Source of the DNA: Asterionella formosa
Taxonomy: Eukaryota
Direction: 5' to 3'
Length of the DNA: 64,000 nt
Assembly: GCA_002256025.1 (NCBI GenBank)
Contig: NKIB01012676.1
Location: 1-64,000 of the forward strand
Below are positions 48,981 to 59,981 of the stretch, piece after piece; the stretch's first letter is position 1; every line of letters starts with the position of its first letter. Position numbers and translations under genes: made by a program. The notes under the pieces were generated by a model. The model ran no database searches, was not told the DNA's origin, and worked only from the letters and a program-made list of their open reading frames with translations.

Positions 48981-49811
48981 CTACGGCCAAGAAGTAGTAT
49001 TCGGTGGATCAATATCCCTAGAGCATGTTCGGCTTATTTGAGAATCTTTTGATTGGTCCTGTTCTTTCAATGGAGCGTTTGTTGGCGCAGTTGCTCCGCA
49101 GTTTTCGTGGTCACAAGTTGGAAGCTCGTCATAGACGAAGGAGATTAGAGGCATTCTCGGCGCCGGAATTATGCACGATAGTATGGCTGTTAAAAAATAT
49201 AAAACGATGGCTGCAATGGATCGAGCAGCTCCTGCTGATATAGAACAACGCATGTCAGAATTATTCTCTCCGCCACAGTTGGACATGCCAAAGAGACAAA
49301 ATGTGCCTATTTGTCCAATCGTAGCGAGCCCGAGGAATATTCCTGATGCGCAGCACCACTTGCATTTTGATGTCTTTCGGCAAAAGGACAGAAAAAACAG
49401 AAAAGTGGCGATCCCTCCCATCAGGGGAGCAACGATTCCTGCTGACATGGCAATCTTGAAAATAACTTCATTGGGCCTTGTGGCGAAGTCGTCGTTTCCT
49501 CCTCCTCCGCCTTGTGTAAAAGAACCAAGATCACGACAAATATTGTCTCCTCCTGCAGTCATAAATTTAAAGAGACCGACGTAATAGCTGGTGTTGGAAA
49601 TAACAGTCTCCAGCAACAAGAAACGGCATGTGCCCGAGGCTGCGGCAGAGAGACAGAAAGCTGTCAGTGAACACAGGAACGGGAGACCTCTGAGAAACAA
49701 TTGTAAAAATTGTGAGCGGTTGAAATGAGGGATATAATGACGCTTACTACTAACGACAACTCACTGAACTTTCCAGCTATGGCACGATACTTTGAACACT
49801 GAATCCCTCAT
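48981..49811 (-). CDS. Cys-rich multi-pass (about 4 TM, claudin-like topology) membrane protein, ~251 aa; exons 49811-49765, 49689-48981
   Basis: Four hydrophobic segments with GLF and Cys motifs. A gtgagt...tttctcag intron joins MRDSVFKVSCHSWKVQ to GLPFLCSL in frame. Confidence 0.7.
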
Positions 49812-52800
49812 TGCACAGGGGACATTTAACGGAAACAACTTTGAATTCAAAGTGTGAGAACAAACTCGTGATCTGTGCGAGGAAGAATGATGCAAAGCTC
49901 TCCGTTTCTAGTCCACCACGACTAAAAGTCCAAACGACGCACTTGACTCAACGATCCTGCATGCATTGTGCCGCTCGCTCTCGTCATCAGCCATAATGAC
50001 AAAACAAGCAAGGCAGTGATGAATACATCGGTATTGCATGACGACTACCTGAAACCGTTACACTGGTAATCATATCCATACAGACACACATAAAGCTAAT
50101 TAGGACTTATGTAGGAGGTATAACGGGGAGCGAGTTGACGGAAACTCAGCAGACGTACGAAAAGTCACGTACAACCACTGTGTTTTATCTAAAATCGACC
50201 TTGTATCACGTTTTCCAAAAGGAACACAAAGCAAAGTTCGCAGAAGACCGCAGAAAAACGTCGTAAATGATGGCGAGAGCACGGATTCGCCACCCTAACG
50301 ATGAAGCTAGCCAAAACAAGGTCAACCTTGTTTTGGTAAATTATTTTTTCACCTTGTAAAATGGTTTCCAATACATGGTACCAGTATTTACGTTTCCTGT
50401 GTAGGGCATCAGAATACCTACTCCTACTAGCATTAGGAGAGAAAAATATCAACTCACGACATTTCTGCAATTTCTGTCCCTGGATATGAAATTTGTTACT
50501 TAAAATCTCGGATTTTTCATTGAGGCAACTGCTCCTTTTATAAATCAAATTGTTGATGAGAGTAGAATTAAATATCTTTTGTGCTATTTCCCTACTAAAA
50601 TGGTATTGATTATCATGGGGGGGGGGGCAGAAGGAGCAGACATGAGTGTGATTCCAACAAAACACATACTTACTCAAATGTAAACTCTACATTTTCCAGG
50701 AACTTATTTTCCATTAAGAGTCAGGCAGGAAATCTTTTTCAATTTTTCTAATGATTTTGAAAATCATAACAAAAGAAAATTGGCAAAAACTCGAATCAGC
50801 TCCTCACAAAGGTAATATTTATCTGTTGTACTCAACTTGCAGAACATTTCTACAATTATGAGTGCCAATATAAATGCATGTATTAATGGATTTTCTTGAC
50901 AATCATGTTATCACACTCATGTCTAGTAGTACCTTTCTAGCTTCACCACAATTAGTGCCCTTGCCCTTCCAATCATGCCTTCTTCTCATTTCTTGCTCCT
51001 TCTTACATGGCTTTTTGTTTAGATGAATATTAGGAGTTGCCCTCCAATTTGCGTTACCAATAGCAAGGAAAGTCAACTGAATCAGATGAAAGGAAATAAT
51101 TTCAAAGGATAGAAACCTATCAGTTCAGGTGAATGAGGAGGTTGAGCCCAAGCAAGTTCAAAGATTTGCCCTGACTATTACATTATTCTGCTGATAAAGC
51201 GATGGAAGGTTCAGGGGATACAAAAACAGTGATCTAGCTGTTATTAAACTTTATTTGATTGCTGGATTAAGCGTGCTTGTCTTGAAAAGAGGATGCCATG
51301 AGCCTGGTAGAGGGGCCAGTGCTTCATCATGAACCTTCATAGTCATTTAGCTCATGAATTCACTTATGTAAAACATTGGGGATTATAGATCATAATTGCC
51401 CTATCTCAGGTTTAATCCTGACTTTGAGACTATTTACATTTCACTTAATTAGTTATCGGTTACTAGCGTCGTATTAGCCAGCCATTGTTAGTCTGCTGGG
51501 TGACTATCTAGCTAACCTTTGTGGAATCAATGTACAAAACCTTATGCCGAGATCAAACATTGTAGAAAGTGGTGCGTCTGAAAAGGTTATGCCTCTCACT
51601 GCTGAGCTGAATGTTAGTCCTAAATGTCCATAACCGAACCATATATCTGGATTAGTACTAGTGTAATTTTTACATCATCTCATTTTCCTTACATGTCAGA
51701 TCCATTGAGCTAGTTTGTCTCAACTTTAGTAGAGATTGTGGATAAAGTTAATTTTGCTAAACTGTTACGGATAATTTATAGCTATATCTATATATATAGT
51801 ATTACTTTATGTTGATGAAATGTACCATTGTTCAGCGCATGCATGAAAGAACAAATTTGCAGCCCCAAATTTTTTGGGAGACCTGTTTGGGTTTGACAGA
51901 AAAGTAGCAGTGAAAGCAAAATGAAGACATAATTGACAAAGTATATTAGGAATTGTAAGCCCCATTGTTCTGCTCTTGCTAAAGTGTCAACTAGTAGTAA
52001 AAACAGGTTCTACAAAGCGGGGGTTTCGTGAAGTAGCTTTTTAATCAGCTGTTTTTCAAGAAAATGAAAACTACTAGGGAGGAGTTCGCTCGCTTGGAAG
52101 GAATGTTAGAAAAAATGGTGAAATTCAATACATTTTATACAACAAGAAAATGGAAGCTTGAAGGTGGAAATTGTGATAATGCATCATTTTCCTGATGCCA
52201 GCAATGAAAAAAGGCGAGATTAGAAAAAGTATGAGAATTTGTCTGGGTTGGTTTTCATAGGAAAATATTGATCCAGCTACAGTTTACGATGCCAGTTTAG
52301 CACAGGACAATCAATTGCCTGAGGAACAATGACTTTAGATTCAATTACAATGAACTGTAGGTTCTGGAGGTTTGCGTGAAGCCTTTCTGCAATCTCAGTC
52401 CATTTGTTCGTCTCGAATGTCCATCGATTCAGGGAAGCAGATAACATGATCATGAGTGTTTTGGTATATGAGTTGCTGCATCAAGGGCATAGAGGTTGGT
52501 GAATTTCCTCTTTTGTGTAGTATATGGTTTTTCGGACATGGGTTGTTTATAATTTAAAAATGGCAAGTGTCAGCCCATAGAAGCGATTTCTGGAATCACT
52601 GGCACATAAATATACTATAGACACCCATGATTTGATCATTTGAAATGGGATGTTCAATGCATGTGATCTACAACCAATAGGAAAAGCATCACAACAGGTA
52701 GTATTCTTATATTGATATGGGAGGCATCAAACTCTTCTGCTACACATTTCACAAGAAGCTTGATAAAATAAAGGGATGAAACTCCTCATTAAAAATGTCA

Positions 52801-52950
52801 GCTCTATAGGACAGGGGTAATGAAGTAATTCGAAATACACATTTTTGGCCAAAATATTGGCAGGTCCATCTCAGATATATTTGTAGGTACTTTTTCAAAA
52901 AAAAACAATCCATGAAAATTTAAAAGTAAATTTAAGATTTTTCATTTGCT

Positions 52951-53727
52951 TTAAAAGTCTTTTTTAATGACAGGATCATTTTCGGTTGCTGGTCGCAATT
53001 GATACATTTGCTCCATCCTCTTTATTCGATTGAAGTATGTGTAACTACTAAAGACCACAAAGAGCCGCCGGTACCATACAAATTGAGTATAATGAGCTGC
53101 CATACATTTCCAGTTTAGAACAGGTCGATATGATATGAATTCAGCTGACAAGTTCTGAGTAGACAGAGGTACTTGTCGGGTCAAACGAAGTTGGGTCGCC
53201 ACAAGCCATGTCCAACTCAACATGAGCCAGTGAAAAATGGGAAGATACTTGATGAAAGGGTTGGTAATTGTCTCTAGTTTCCATCCATAAAATCGACACT
53301 TTTGTCCATCACTACCATACTGCTGCTGCTCGTGGAGAAAGTGTTGAACTCCTCGGCACGTGGCTCGATGATTGACATGTCCCGATACACCTTCTTCATC
53401 AAACGTAATCAAGTGTACGACCGGTGTATCGGTCGGTAACTGTTCTCTCAAGACTCGATCAATATCGTATTTGGACCAAAACCCCGTTGGACCATCTGGA
53501 AGGGCAGGATGGTTCAGACACACAATCTTGTCAAAGCCAAGCATTCCACATGCTCGATGAAGTTCCATTTCTCGATCCTTTCCTAATCCGTCGTAGTTTC
53601 CATTCGACAAGCATACGATCCATTTGGGATTAGGGAGGGAGAGTATTGTGGGGATGAAGAACATGGATTCGTCATCAGGGTGAGCCGTAATGAACACGTG
53701 TAACGGTGGAGCGTTTGTTATTGTCAT
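52951..53727 (-). CDS. PIGL: N-acetylglucosaminyl-phosphatidylinositol de-N-acetylase (GPI anchor biosynthesis), ~258 aa
   Basis: AHPDDESMFF.PTI, CLSNGN..GLG..RE.EL, ITFD..GVSGH.NH, and AM.AH..QFVW.RRLFV.FS.Y-type C-terminus. Confidence 0.9.
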   Translation of the reverse strand: MTITNAPPLHVFITAHPDDESMFFIPTILSLPNPKWIVCLSNGNYDGLGKDREMELHRACGMLGFDKIVCLNHPALPDGPTGFWSKYDIDRVLREQLPTDTPVVHLITFDEEGVSGHVNHRATCRGVQHFLHEQQQYGSDGQKCRFYGWKLETITNPFIKYLPIFHWLMLSWTWLVATQLRLTRQVPLSTQNLSAEFISYRPVLNWKCMAAHYTQFVWYRRLFVVFSSYTYFNRIKRMEQMYQLRPATENDPVIKKDF

Positions 53728-54379
53728 GGTTGGTAATGTAACATTGTTTATTCTTTGCCGGCAAACGCGCAGTGTCTGCCAATCATCAGGCATGCGCACG
53801 ACCGAAATACCGGTACATACATACCGGTATATGATTCTTCCTCGTATGTATCTGAATATACATATTCCTGTAATGTTATGATGCGGCCAAATAATTTATA
53901 CCAGTATATGATATGCGGACAAGAAATACTCCGAGTATGATTATGTACCGGTATAGCTATATACATACATGAATGTACCCGTATCTATGATTATAGACCA
54001 TCATCAGCCAATACCTACAGTACCAGGTGTAGGTACGCCCTCCGTCCTGCATACTTACCGGTAATAAACATCATCAGTCATGAAGTAACGCCTGTGCTGC
54101 TCCCCCCCTCCCCCCGCCTCAAGTTATTTCTTAATAATATTACGGGATAATCTAGATTTTAGATTTATGAAAAAGTATAATTTTCATTTGTTAGTACTAA
54201 TAAAATACTTGGCCTACCTCTCCTTTCCTCTCCATTAGCGGCGCTTCAGTAAATATTTGTTGAACAGCATAGCAGTAAGTCGCACAAGCAGTACAATTTC
54301 AATCACGAGAGCAGGAGCAAAACTGTGATAAGATTCGACTGATACCTGTACGCGAAGCTGAAAACTTCACTTTTTACGC

Positions 54380-57300
54380 ATGTCGGAAAAGAAGCGCTTT
54401 CGTCCTCGTGCAAAAGGCAAAGCAAGCGTCTCTACTAAAAAGGAAGACGAGGACTGCAGTGCACTTGTGAAGCAACAAGCGGATGAAGAGGATGGGCGGA
54501 ATCTGTTGAAAGGTGGGAGTTGTGTTCCACCAGAAAAGGTGGCTGTAGAAGCATCGCCTTTCATTCCTCTGGCACAGTCACCTCCAGCGCCCAAAATTCC
54601 CTTCGGCAAGGTTCGCGCCACGCCTTACGGTGCGTGCCTTGCCGATCAGGAGGACCTGCAAGCCGCCTGGCAGTCCTACCGCGAAGCTCTTCCGAAGTTG
54701 GTGTTTCCCAAGGCCGGATTCGACCACGTCTACGGACAAGCCACTATTGACTCGGTCGACGACGTGGACTTGGGCGAGGACTATGGAGCGGCTGCTGCGT
54801 TTACCCAAGCTCACGAATATGGATCCACAAAAACAACAGACGATGCTCCGATAGGCTCTCTGAAGGATAAGTGGAGAATGCTTCCTCACTTTCTACAACT
54901 CCGCGGATTGCTCAGACAGCACATTGATTCCTTCAACCACTTTGTTTCCGTCGAACTACGGCAAATTGTGCAGTCACCATCCAATTCAGAATTGCGCAGT
55001 GAACATGATCCCAAATTCTATTTAAAGTACACGGACTGCTGGGTGGGGGAACCATCCGTAGAAGAAGACTCGTATGCGAGTACGCAGGCCACGCCGTTTC
55101 AATGCCGCCTCCGGGATTGCACCTACAGCGCTCCCGTTTACGTGAATGTTCGCTACACCCGAGGGCGACAAATTGTCGTGAAGAAAAAGGTACTCATTGG
55201 AAGAATGCCAATCATGTTACGATCGACCAAATGCTTGCTAAATAACAAAACGGAACGACAACTGGCTGCCATGAGAGAGTGTCCGTACGATCCGGGAGGG
55301 TATTTCGTTATTAAAGGGGTGGAGAAGGTTATTTTAATTCAAGAACAACTCAGTAAGAATCGTGTCATTCTGGAAATGGACAATAAGAAATGTGTCTCAG
55401 CTTCCATTACATCGTCCACGCACGAGCGAAAGTCAAAGGCATATATCATCGTCAAGAATAAAAGAGTCTACATGAAGAACAATACTCTGGGTGAAGACAT
55501 TCCTATTACTATCATTCTCAAAGCAATGGGGGTCGAGTCTGACCTTGAAATGGTGCAGCTCGTGGGATCAGAACCGGAAATTGTCAACGCCATGGCACTC
55601 AGCATGGAAGAGCCAGTTCGTCTGGGCATTCACACACAAATGCAGGCATTGCGATATGTGGGGAACAAAGTAAGGGGCCGAACGCAAAATAATACATGGT
55701 ACCGAAAACCGACTTCTGTAGAAGAAGAAGCGAGGGATGTCTTGGCCAATGTGGTTTTGTCTCATGTGCCTGTAGAGAACTTTGATTTTCGAGCCAAGTG
55801 CATTTATGTTGGGCACATCGTGAGGAGAGTCCTTATGGTGGATATGGGTCAGGCAGATTTAGATGACAAAGATTATTATGGAAATAAGCGTCTGGAACTG
55901 GCTGGAAACTTGCTATCCTTGTTGTTCGAAGATTTATTCAAGCTCTTCAACAAGGACCTCAAGCGACAAGCCGACATGGTCCTGTCGAAACCCAATAGGG
56001 CACAGGCTTTTGATGTGGTCAAAACAATTCGGCCGGATACCATCACCAATGGTATGATGCAAGCCATTTCTACAGGCAACTGGGTATTGAAGAGATTTCG
56101 TATGGACCGCGCAGGAGTTACTCAGGTCTTGTCGAGACTCAGCTATATCTCTGCTCTAGGAATGATGACCCGAGTAAACAGTCAATTTGAAAAGACGCGA
56201 AAAGTCAGTGGACCGCGGTCGCTTCAAGCCAGTCAATGGGGTATGTTGTGTCCAGCCGATACGCCAGAAGGAGAAGCTTGTGGTTTGGTGAAAAACTTGG
56301 CACTTTTGGCGCATATCACAACTGACGAAGATATTCAGCCGATCGATAGACTATGTCGTGATTTGGGAGTGGAAGATGTGCGCCGATTGTCTGGAAATGA
56401 AATTCATTCTAAAGGCGCCTTTATTGTATTTTTGAATGGGTTAATCATGGGCATTCATACGCGACCTTATGATTTCGTTCATGACCTTCGAACCATGCGA
56501 AGACGTGGAATGACTGGAGAGTTTGTGTCGGTGTATTTGCACGCTGTTCAGCGAGTTGTTCATATCGCCACCGATGGGGGCAGAGTTTGCCGTCCACTCA
56601 TCATTGTGGATGAAAAGACTGGACAGCCAGCTCTGAAGCAGTTGCATCTAGAGTCGTTGGCTCTTGGGATCATCACCCTCAAGGACTTACTCCGTCAAGG
56701 TTTTATTGAGTATGTTGACTGCAACGAGGAAAATAATACGCTAATTGCTGTAACGGAGCGTGATTTGGAAGTCGCCATCAAGCAAGGATTCAAAAATCTA
56801 AAAATGAGATACACGCACCTCGAAATAGACCCCTTGACTATCCTGGGTGTGGTTTGCGGACTTGTTCCATTTCCTCATCACAATCAGTCCCCGCGAAACA
56901 CATATCAGTGTGCTATGGGTAAACAGGCTATGGGTTGTATCTCAATGAACCAATATGCTCGAATGGATGGCTTGATCTACACTCTCATCTATCCTCAAAA
57001 ACCAATGGTCAAGTCACGTACGTTGGACTTGGTGAACTTCGACAACACTCCTGGAGGCCAAAACGCATGCATTGCTGTTATGTCGTATTCTGGCTATGAT
57101 ATTGAAGATGCGATTGTTCTAAACAAAGCATCCGTTGATCGAGGATTCGGGCGCTGCATGGTCCTTCGTAAGTACCAAACGTCTATTCGACGATTCGCTA
57201 ATGGTACAATGGATCGCACTTGTAGTGCTCCCGATCCTGCTGGATTTCCAGATGGAGAAGCAGACAAGCGGTTTCTAAAATACAAGGCAATTGACAAGGA

Positions 57301-58282
57301 TGGAATTTGTCGAGTGGGGGAGCCACTTGATAATGGATGTTACATGGTGAACAAAGAGTCTCCAATGGACACATCAACCAATAATGATTTCATGCAACAA
57401 GGATCCGGAAGTCAAACCCAATACAAGCCATCTGGTATGTCCTATCGTGGTGGTGCTCCTGTGTATGTCGACAAAGTGCTGGTTACTTCGAACGAGAACG
57501 AACAGTTTCTCATAAAAATTATGCTTCGGCAGGTACGCCGACCCGAAGTAGGTGATAAATTTTCGTCTCGTCACGGTCAGAAGGGTGTTTGTGGTTTGAT
57601 TGTTCCTCAGGTAGACTTTCCCTTCAATGAGTTTGGTCACGCACCTGATCTTATCATGAATCCTCATGGCTTTCCTTCTCGCATGACCGTCGGAAAGCTT
57701 TTGGAACTCTTGGTTGGCAAGGCGGGAGTATACGAAGGTCGCCAGGGATACGGAAGTGCCTTCGGCGAAGAACACGGTTCTGCCGATACAGCAGAAGCTT
57801 CACACGATGCGCTTGCACGAAATGGATTGAATTATACTGGTAAAGATGTTTTGTATAGTGGAACATCTGGAGAACCCATCGACGCATATATTTTCAGTGG
57901 GCCGGTGTTTTACCAAAAGCTCAAACACATGGTCTTGGACAAGGCGCATGCTCGAGCTCGAGGCCCTCGTGCCGTCTTGACTCGGCAGCCCACAGAAGGC
58001 CGATCACGTGATGGAGGACTTCGCTTGGGGGAGATGGAACGAGATTGTTTAATTGCTTACGGAGCGTCAAGCTTGATTATGGAACGATTGATGCATTCCA
58101 GTGATGCATTTTCTGCCAGCGTTTGCATGTCCTGTGGCCTGTTACAGTACCAAAACTGGTGTCAAATGTGCCGTTCAGGCGAAAAGGTGGCTGACATTCG
58201 TCTTCCATATGCCTGCAAACTATTGTTCCAAGAACTCCAGAGTATGAATGTTGTTCCAAGATTGAGGCTAAAGGACGTGTAG
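54380..58282 (+). CDS. RPC2: DNA-directed RNA polymerase III second-largest subunit, 1300 aa, intronless
   Basis: KW..LP.FL..RGL..QHIDSFN, GDKFSSRHGQKG, MNPHGFPSRMTVGK, GLRLGEMERDC. Pol III-type motifs include EQLSKNRVI and FEKTRKVSGPRSLQ.SQWG. Confidence 0.95.
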   Translation: MSEKKRFRPRAKGKASVSTKKEDEDCSALVKQQADEEDGRNLLKGGSCVPPEKVAVEASPFIPLAQSPPAPKIPFGKVRATPYGACLADQEDLQAAWQSYREALPKLVFPKAGFDHVYGQATIDSVDDVDLGEDYGAAAAFTQAHEYGSTKTTDDAPIGSLKDKWRMLPHFLQLRGLLRQHIDSFNHFVSVELRQIVQSPSNSELRSEHDPKFYLKYTDCWVGEPSVEEDSYASTQATPFQCRLRDCTYSAPVYVNVRYTRGRQIVVKKKVLIGRMPIMLRSTKCLLNNKTERQLAAMRECPYDPGGYFVIKGVEKVILIQEQLSKNRVILEMDNKKCVSASITSSTHERKSKAYIIVKNKRVYMKNNTLGEDIPITIILKAMGVESDLEMVQLVGSEPEIVNAMALSMEEPVRLGIHTQMQALRYVGNKVRGRTQNNTWYRKPTSVEEEARDVLANVVLSHVPVENFDFRAKCIYVGHIVRRVLMVDMGQADLDDKDYYGNKRLELAGNLLSLLFEDLFKLFNKDLKRQADMVLSKPNRAQAFDVVKTIRPDTITNGMMQAISTGNWVLKRFRMDRAGVTQVLSRLSYISALGMMTRVNSQFEKTRKVSGPRSLQASQWGMLCPADTPEGEACGLVKNLALLAHITTDEDIQPIDRLCRDLGVEDVRRLSGNEIHSKGAFIVFLNGLIMGIHTRPYDFVHDLRTMRRRGMTGEFVSVYLHAVQRVVHIATDGGRVCRPLIIVDEKTGQPALKQLHLESLALGIITLKDLLRQGFIEYVDCNEENNTLIAVTERDLEVAIKQGFKNLKMRYTHLEIDPLTILGVVCGLVPFPHHNQSPRNTYQCAMGKQAMGCISMNQYARMDGLIYTLIYPQKPMVKSRTLDLVNFDNTPGGQNACIAVMSYSGYDIEDAIVLNKASVDRGFGRCMVLRKYQTSIRRFANGTMDRTCSAPDPAGFPDGEADKRFLKYKAIDKDGICRVGEPLDNGCYMVNKESPMDTSTNNDFMQQGSGSQTQYKPSGMSYRGGAPVYVDKVLVTSNENEQFLIKIMLRQVRRPEVGDKFSSRHGQKGVCGLIVPQVDFPFNEFGHAPDLIMNPHGFPSRMTVGKLLELLVGKAGVYEGRQGYGSAFGEEHGSADTAEASHDALARNGLNYTGKDVLYSGTSGEPIDAYIFSGPVFYQKLKHMVLDKAHARARGPRAVLTRQPTEGRSRDGGLRLGEMERDCLIAYGASSLIMERLMHSSDAFSASVCMSCGLLQYQNWCQMCRSGEKVADIRLPYACKLLFQELQSMNVVPRLRLKDV

Positions 58283-58647
58283 TTTATCAGTTTTTGAACA
58301 AATATTCAGTACATGCAGAGTACAACTATGCTTGTTATAGGAAACCTTGGCTCATGAGTACTTCTCATCGTATTAGTACTAGTCCGAGAATTGGTTACAA
58401 CAATCATCATTATACTATTTTGATTATTGACGATGTTTTAGCAGCGATGGGTGGTCGAAAGTGTCATGAATATATAATGGCAAATCGCTTTCTGTGGCAC
58501 ACATGAATAAAAGTGTGTAACTGATCATACCTATATTCTTAAAATAACTTGACGAGGCTATTGGAGGTGCAATGGATGTGATTATCAGATGCACTGGATT
58601 TGTTTTGCTCTGCACTTCCATTCTTTAAGTTGCCCTGCTGTTTCTTG

Positions 58648-59343
58648 TCATGCTGCTGCCGCCCCATGCATTTGATTTGTAAGTACCATGGCATTGATTA
58701 GAAATCCATTTCGTTCTATTGCAATGGATTTTTCCACTGGAGTATCCAGCGAAGAAATGTAAGAAAACAAGTCTTCAAAGCATTCGTTGCTGTTCGTAAA
58801 GTCGCCCTGGTCATAGTGAAGGAGTCCCAAATTGTTAAGCGACGACATCACAATTAGAGATGTTCGTTCAGTTTGACACACTCGCAACGAAAGATTGTAT
58901 GCCATTTCGAAGAGTTTAATGGCGTTATCGAGGGCCTTGGGGAAACGATTCGCACATATGGAGTTGAGGTGGTAGGCCAGGGCCATGTTGTAAAGAATCA
59001 CTGCAGACTCTTCATGATAATTACTTGATGTATCGCCGTTAGAGAGGAAAATCGGCATGGAACAAATGAAGGAGTTGTCTTCTGTCATGGACGAGATCAT
59101 GGGTCGTCGAGGAATATTGTGTGACTCCGGAGCCGATTTACAGTCAATTACATTTTGACATTCTGGTTCGTCCCTGGATTTGTCCTTGTTGGTGCTACTG
59201 AGTGTCAACGTATACATAAGCTTAGCAGCTTCCTTGAGTAGACGAACAGCCTCTTCATGATGACCTTCTTCGAGGTAAGCGATTGCAAGATCGTTGTAGT
59301 AAGAGAAAGAGGAAGTAGGAAATGTTTTTGTTGGAGTTGTCAT
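58648..59343 (-). CDS. TPR-like helical protein, ~231 aa
   Basis: YNDLAIAYLEEG..EEAV..LKEA, AVILYNMALAYHL, A.KLFEMAY.L, SLNNLG.LHY..G.F..S..CF, and a C-terminal GAAAA. Confidence 0.75.
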   Translation of the reverse strand: MTTPTKTFPTSSFSYYNDLAIAYLEEGHHEEAVRLLKEAAKLMYTLTLSSTNKDKSRDEPECQNVIDCKSAPESHNIPRRPMISSMTEDNSFICSMPIFLSNGDTSSNYHEESAVILYNMALAYHLNSICANRFPKALDNAIKLFEMAYNLSLRVCQTERTSLIVMSSLNNLGLLHYDQGDFTNSNECFEDLFSYISSLDTPVEKSIAIERNGFLINAMVLTNQMHGAAAA

Positions 59344-59706
59344 GTTGAAATAAAGTACAGAATCTATGGACGTGACGAATTTGTGATATGTTTGACCCAA
59401 ATGGAAAGATACAACAGAAAGAAAAAGAAGTCGCATGTAGCTTCGGAGTTTCTATTGCCGAAGGATAGGAACAGAGAACACGAGGTGCGAAAAATAATAC
59501 CTGTGGTACAAAGAAAGAGAAACGAGTCCTAATTACCAGTAGGGATGTTTGGATATCAAGAAGATGTTCGCGGATTTATGCTTCAACCTTCAATGTTGAT
59601 GGCACGCTGTTCTGATCGCAAAACAGGAACCATGTACATGACCGTGAAATTGAAATGTGACATATTCCCCGGGCATTGAAGTAGAGTCGTGTCAACGAGA
59701 CCGGTA

Positions 59707-59981
59707 CCGGTATCTGGGAGTACCAGGTACTTCTATGTAGTCCACTTGTAAACTTTAAGGACTAGGACAGCAAACAAGAAGTCAGAAAAGATGCCTGGTT
59801 CCGGTATCTGGGAGTACCTGCAAGTTGCGGCAATTTTGTTGAACTAAAGATTTAGCTATCTTTATCCAAGATTAAATTGTTGATTTAAGCAAAATGACCG
59901 CAAAATGACCGCAAATTGTAGGTAGTCCACCTGTACACTGTAAGGACCAGGACAGCAAACAAGAACTCAGAAAAGATGCCT
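59707..59981 (+). repeat. Local tandem duplication (~90 bp unit); the second unit contains the MITE
   Basis: ccggtatctgggagtacc at 59707 and 59801; gtagtccac.tgta.act.taaggac.aggacagcaaacaagaa.tcagaaaagatgcct at 59737 and 59922. Confidence 0.85.
59815..59924. mobile_element. TA-flanked MITE-like element, copy 2 (inverted relative to 15541-15640)
   Basis: TA|cctgcaagttgcggcaattttg ... caaaatgaccgcaaattgtagg|TA, with an internal 11-bp duplication gcaaaatgacc. Confidence 0.75.

Noticed and set aside
50300..52940. AT-rich, ORF-poor 2.6 kb between the membrane protein gene and PIG-L
   Set aside because: May be a decayed TE, but I found no terminal repeats or protein motifs to support it.
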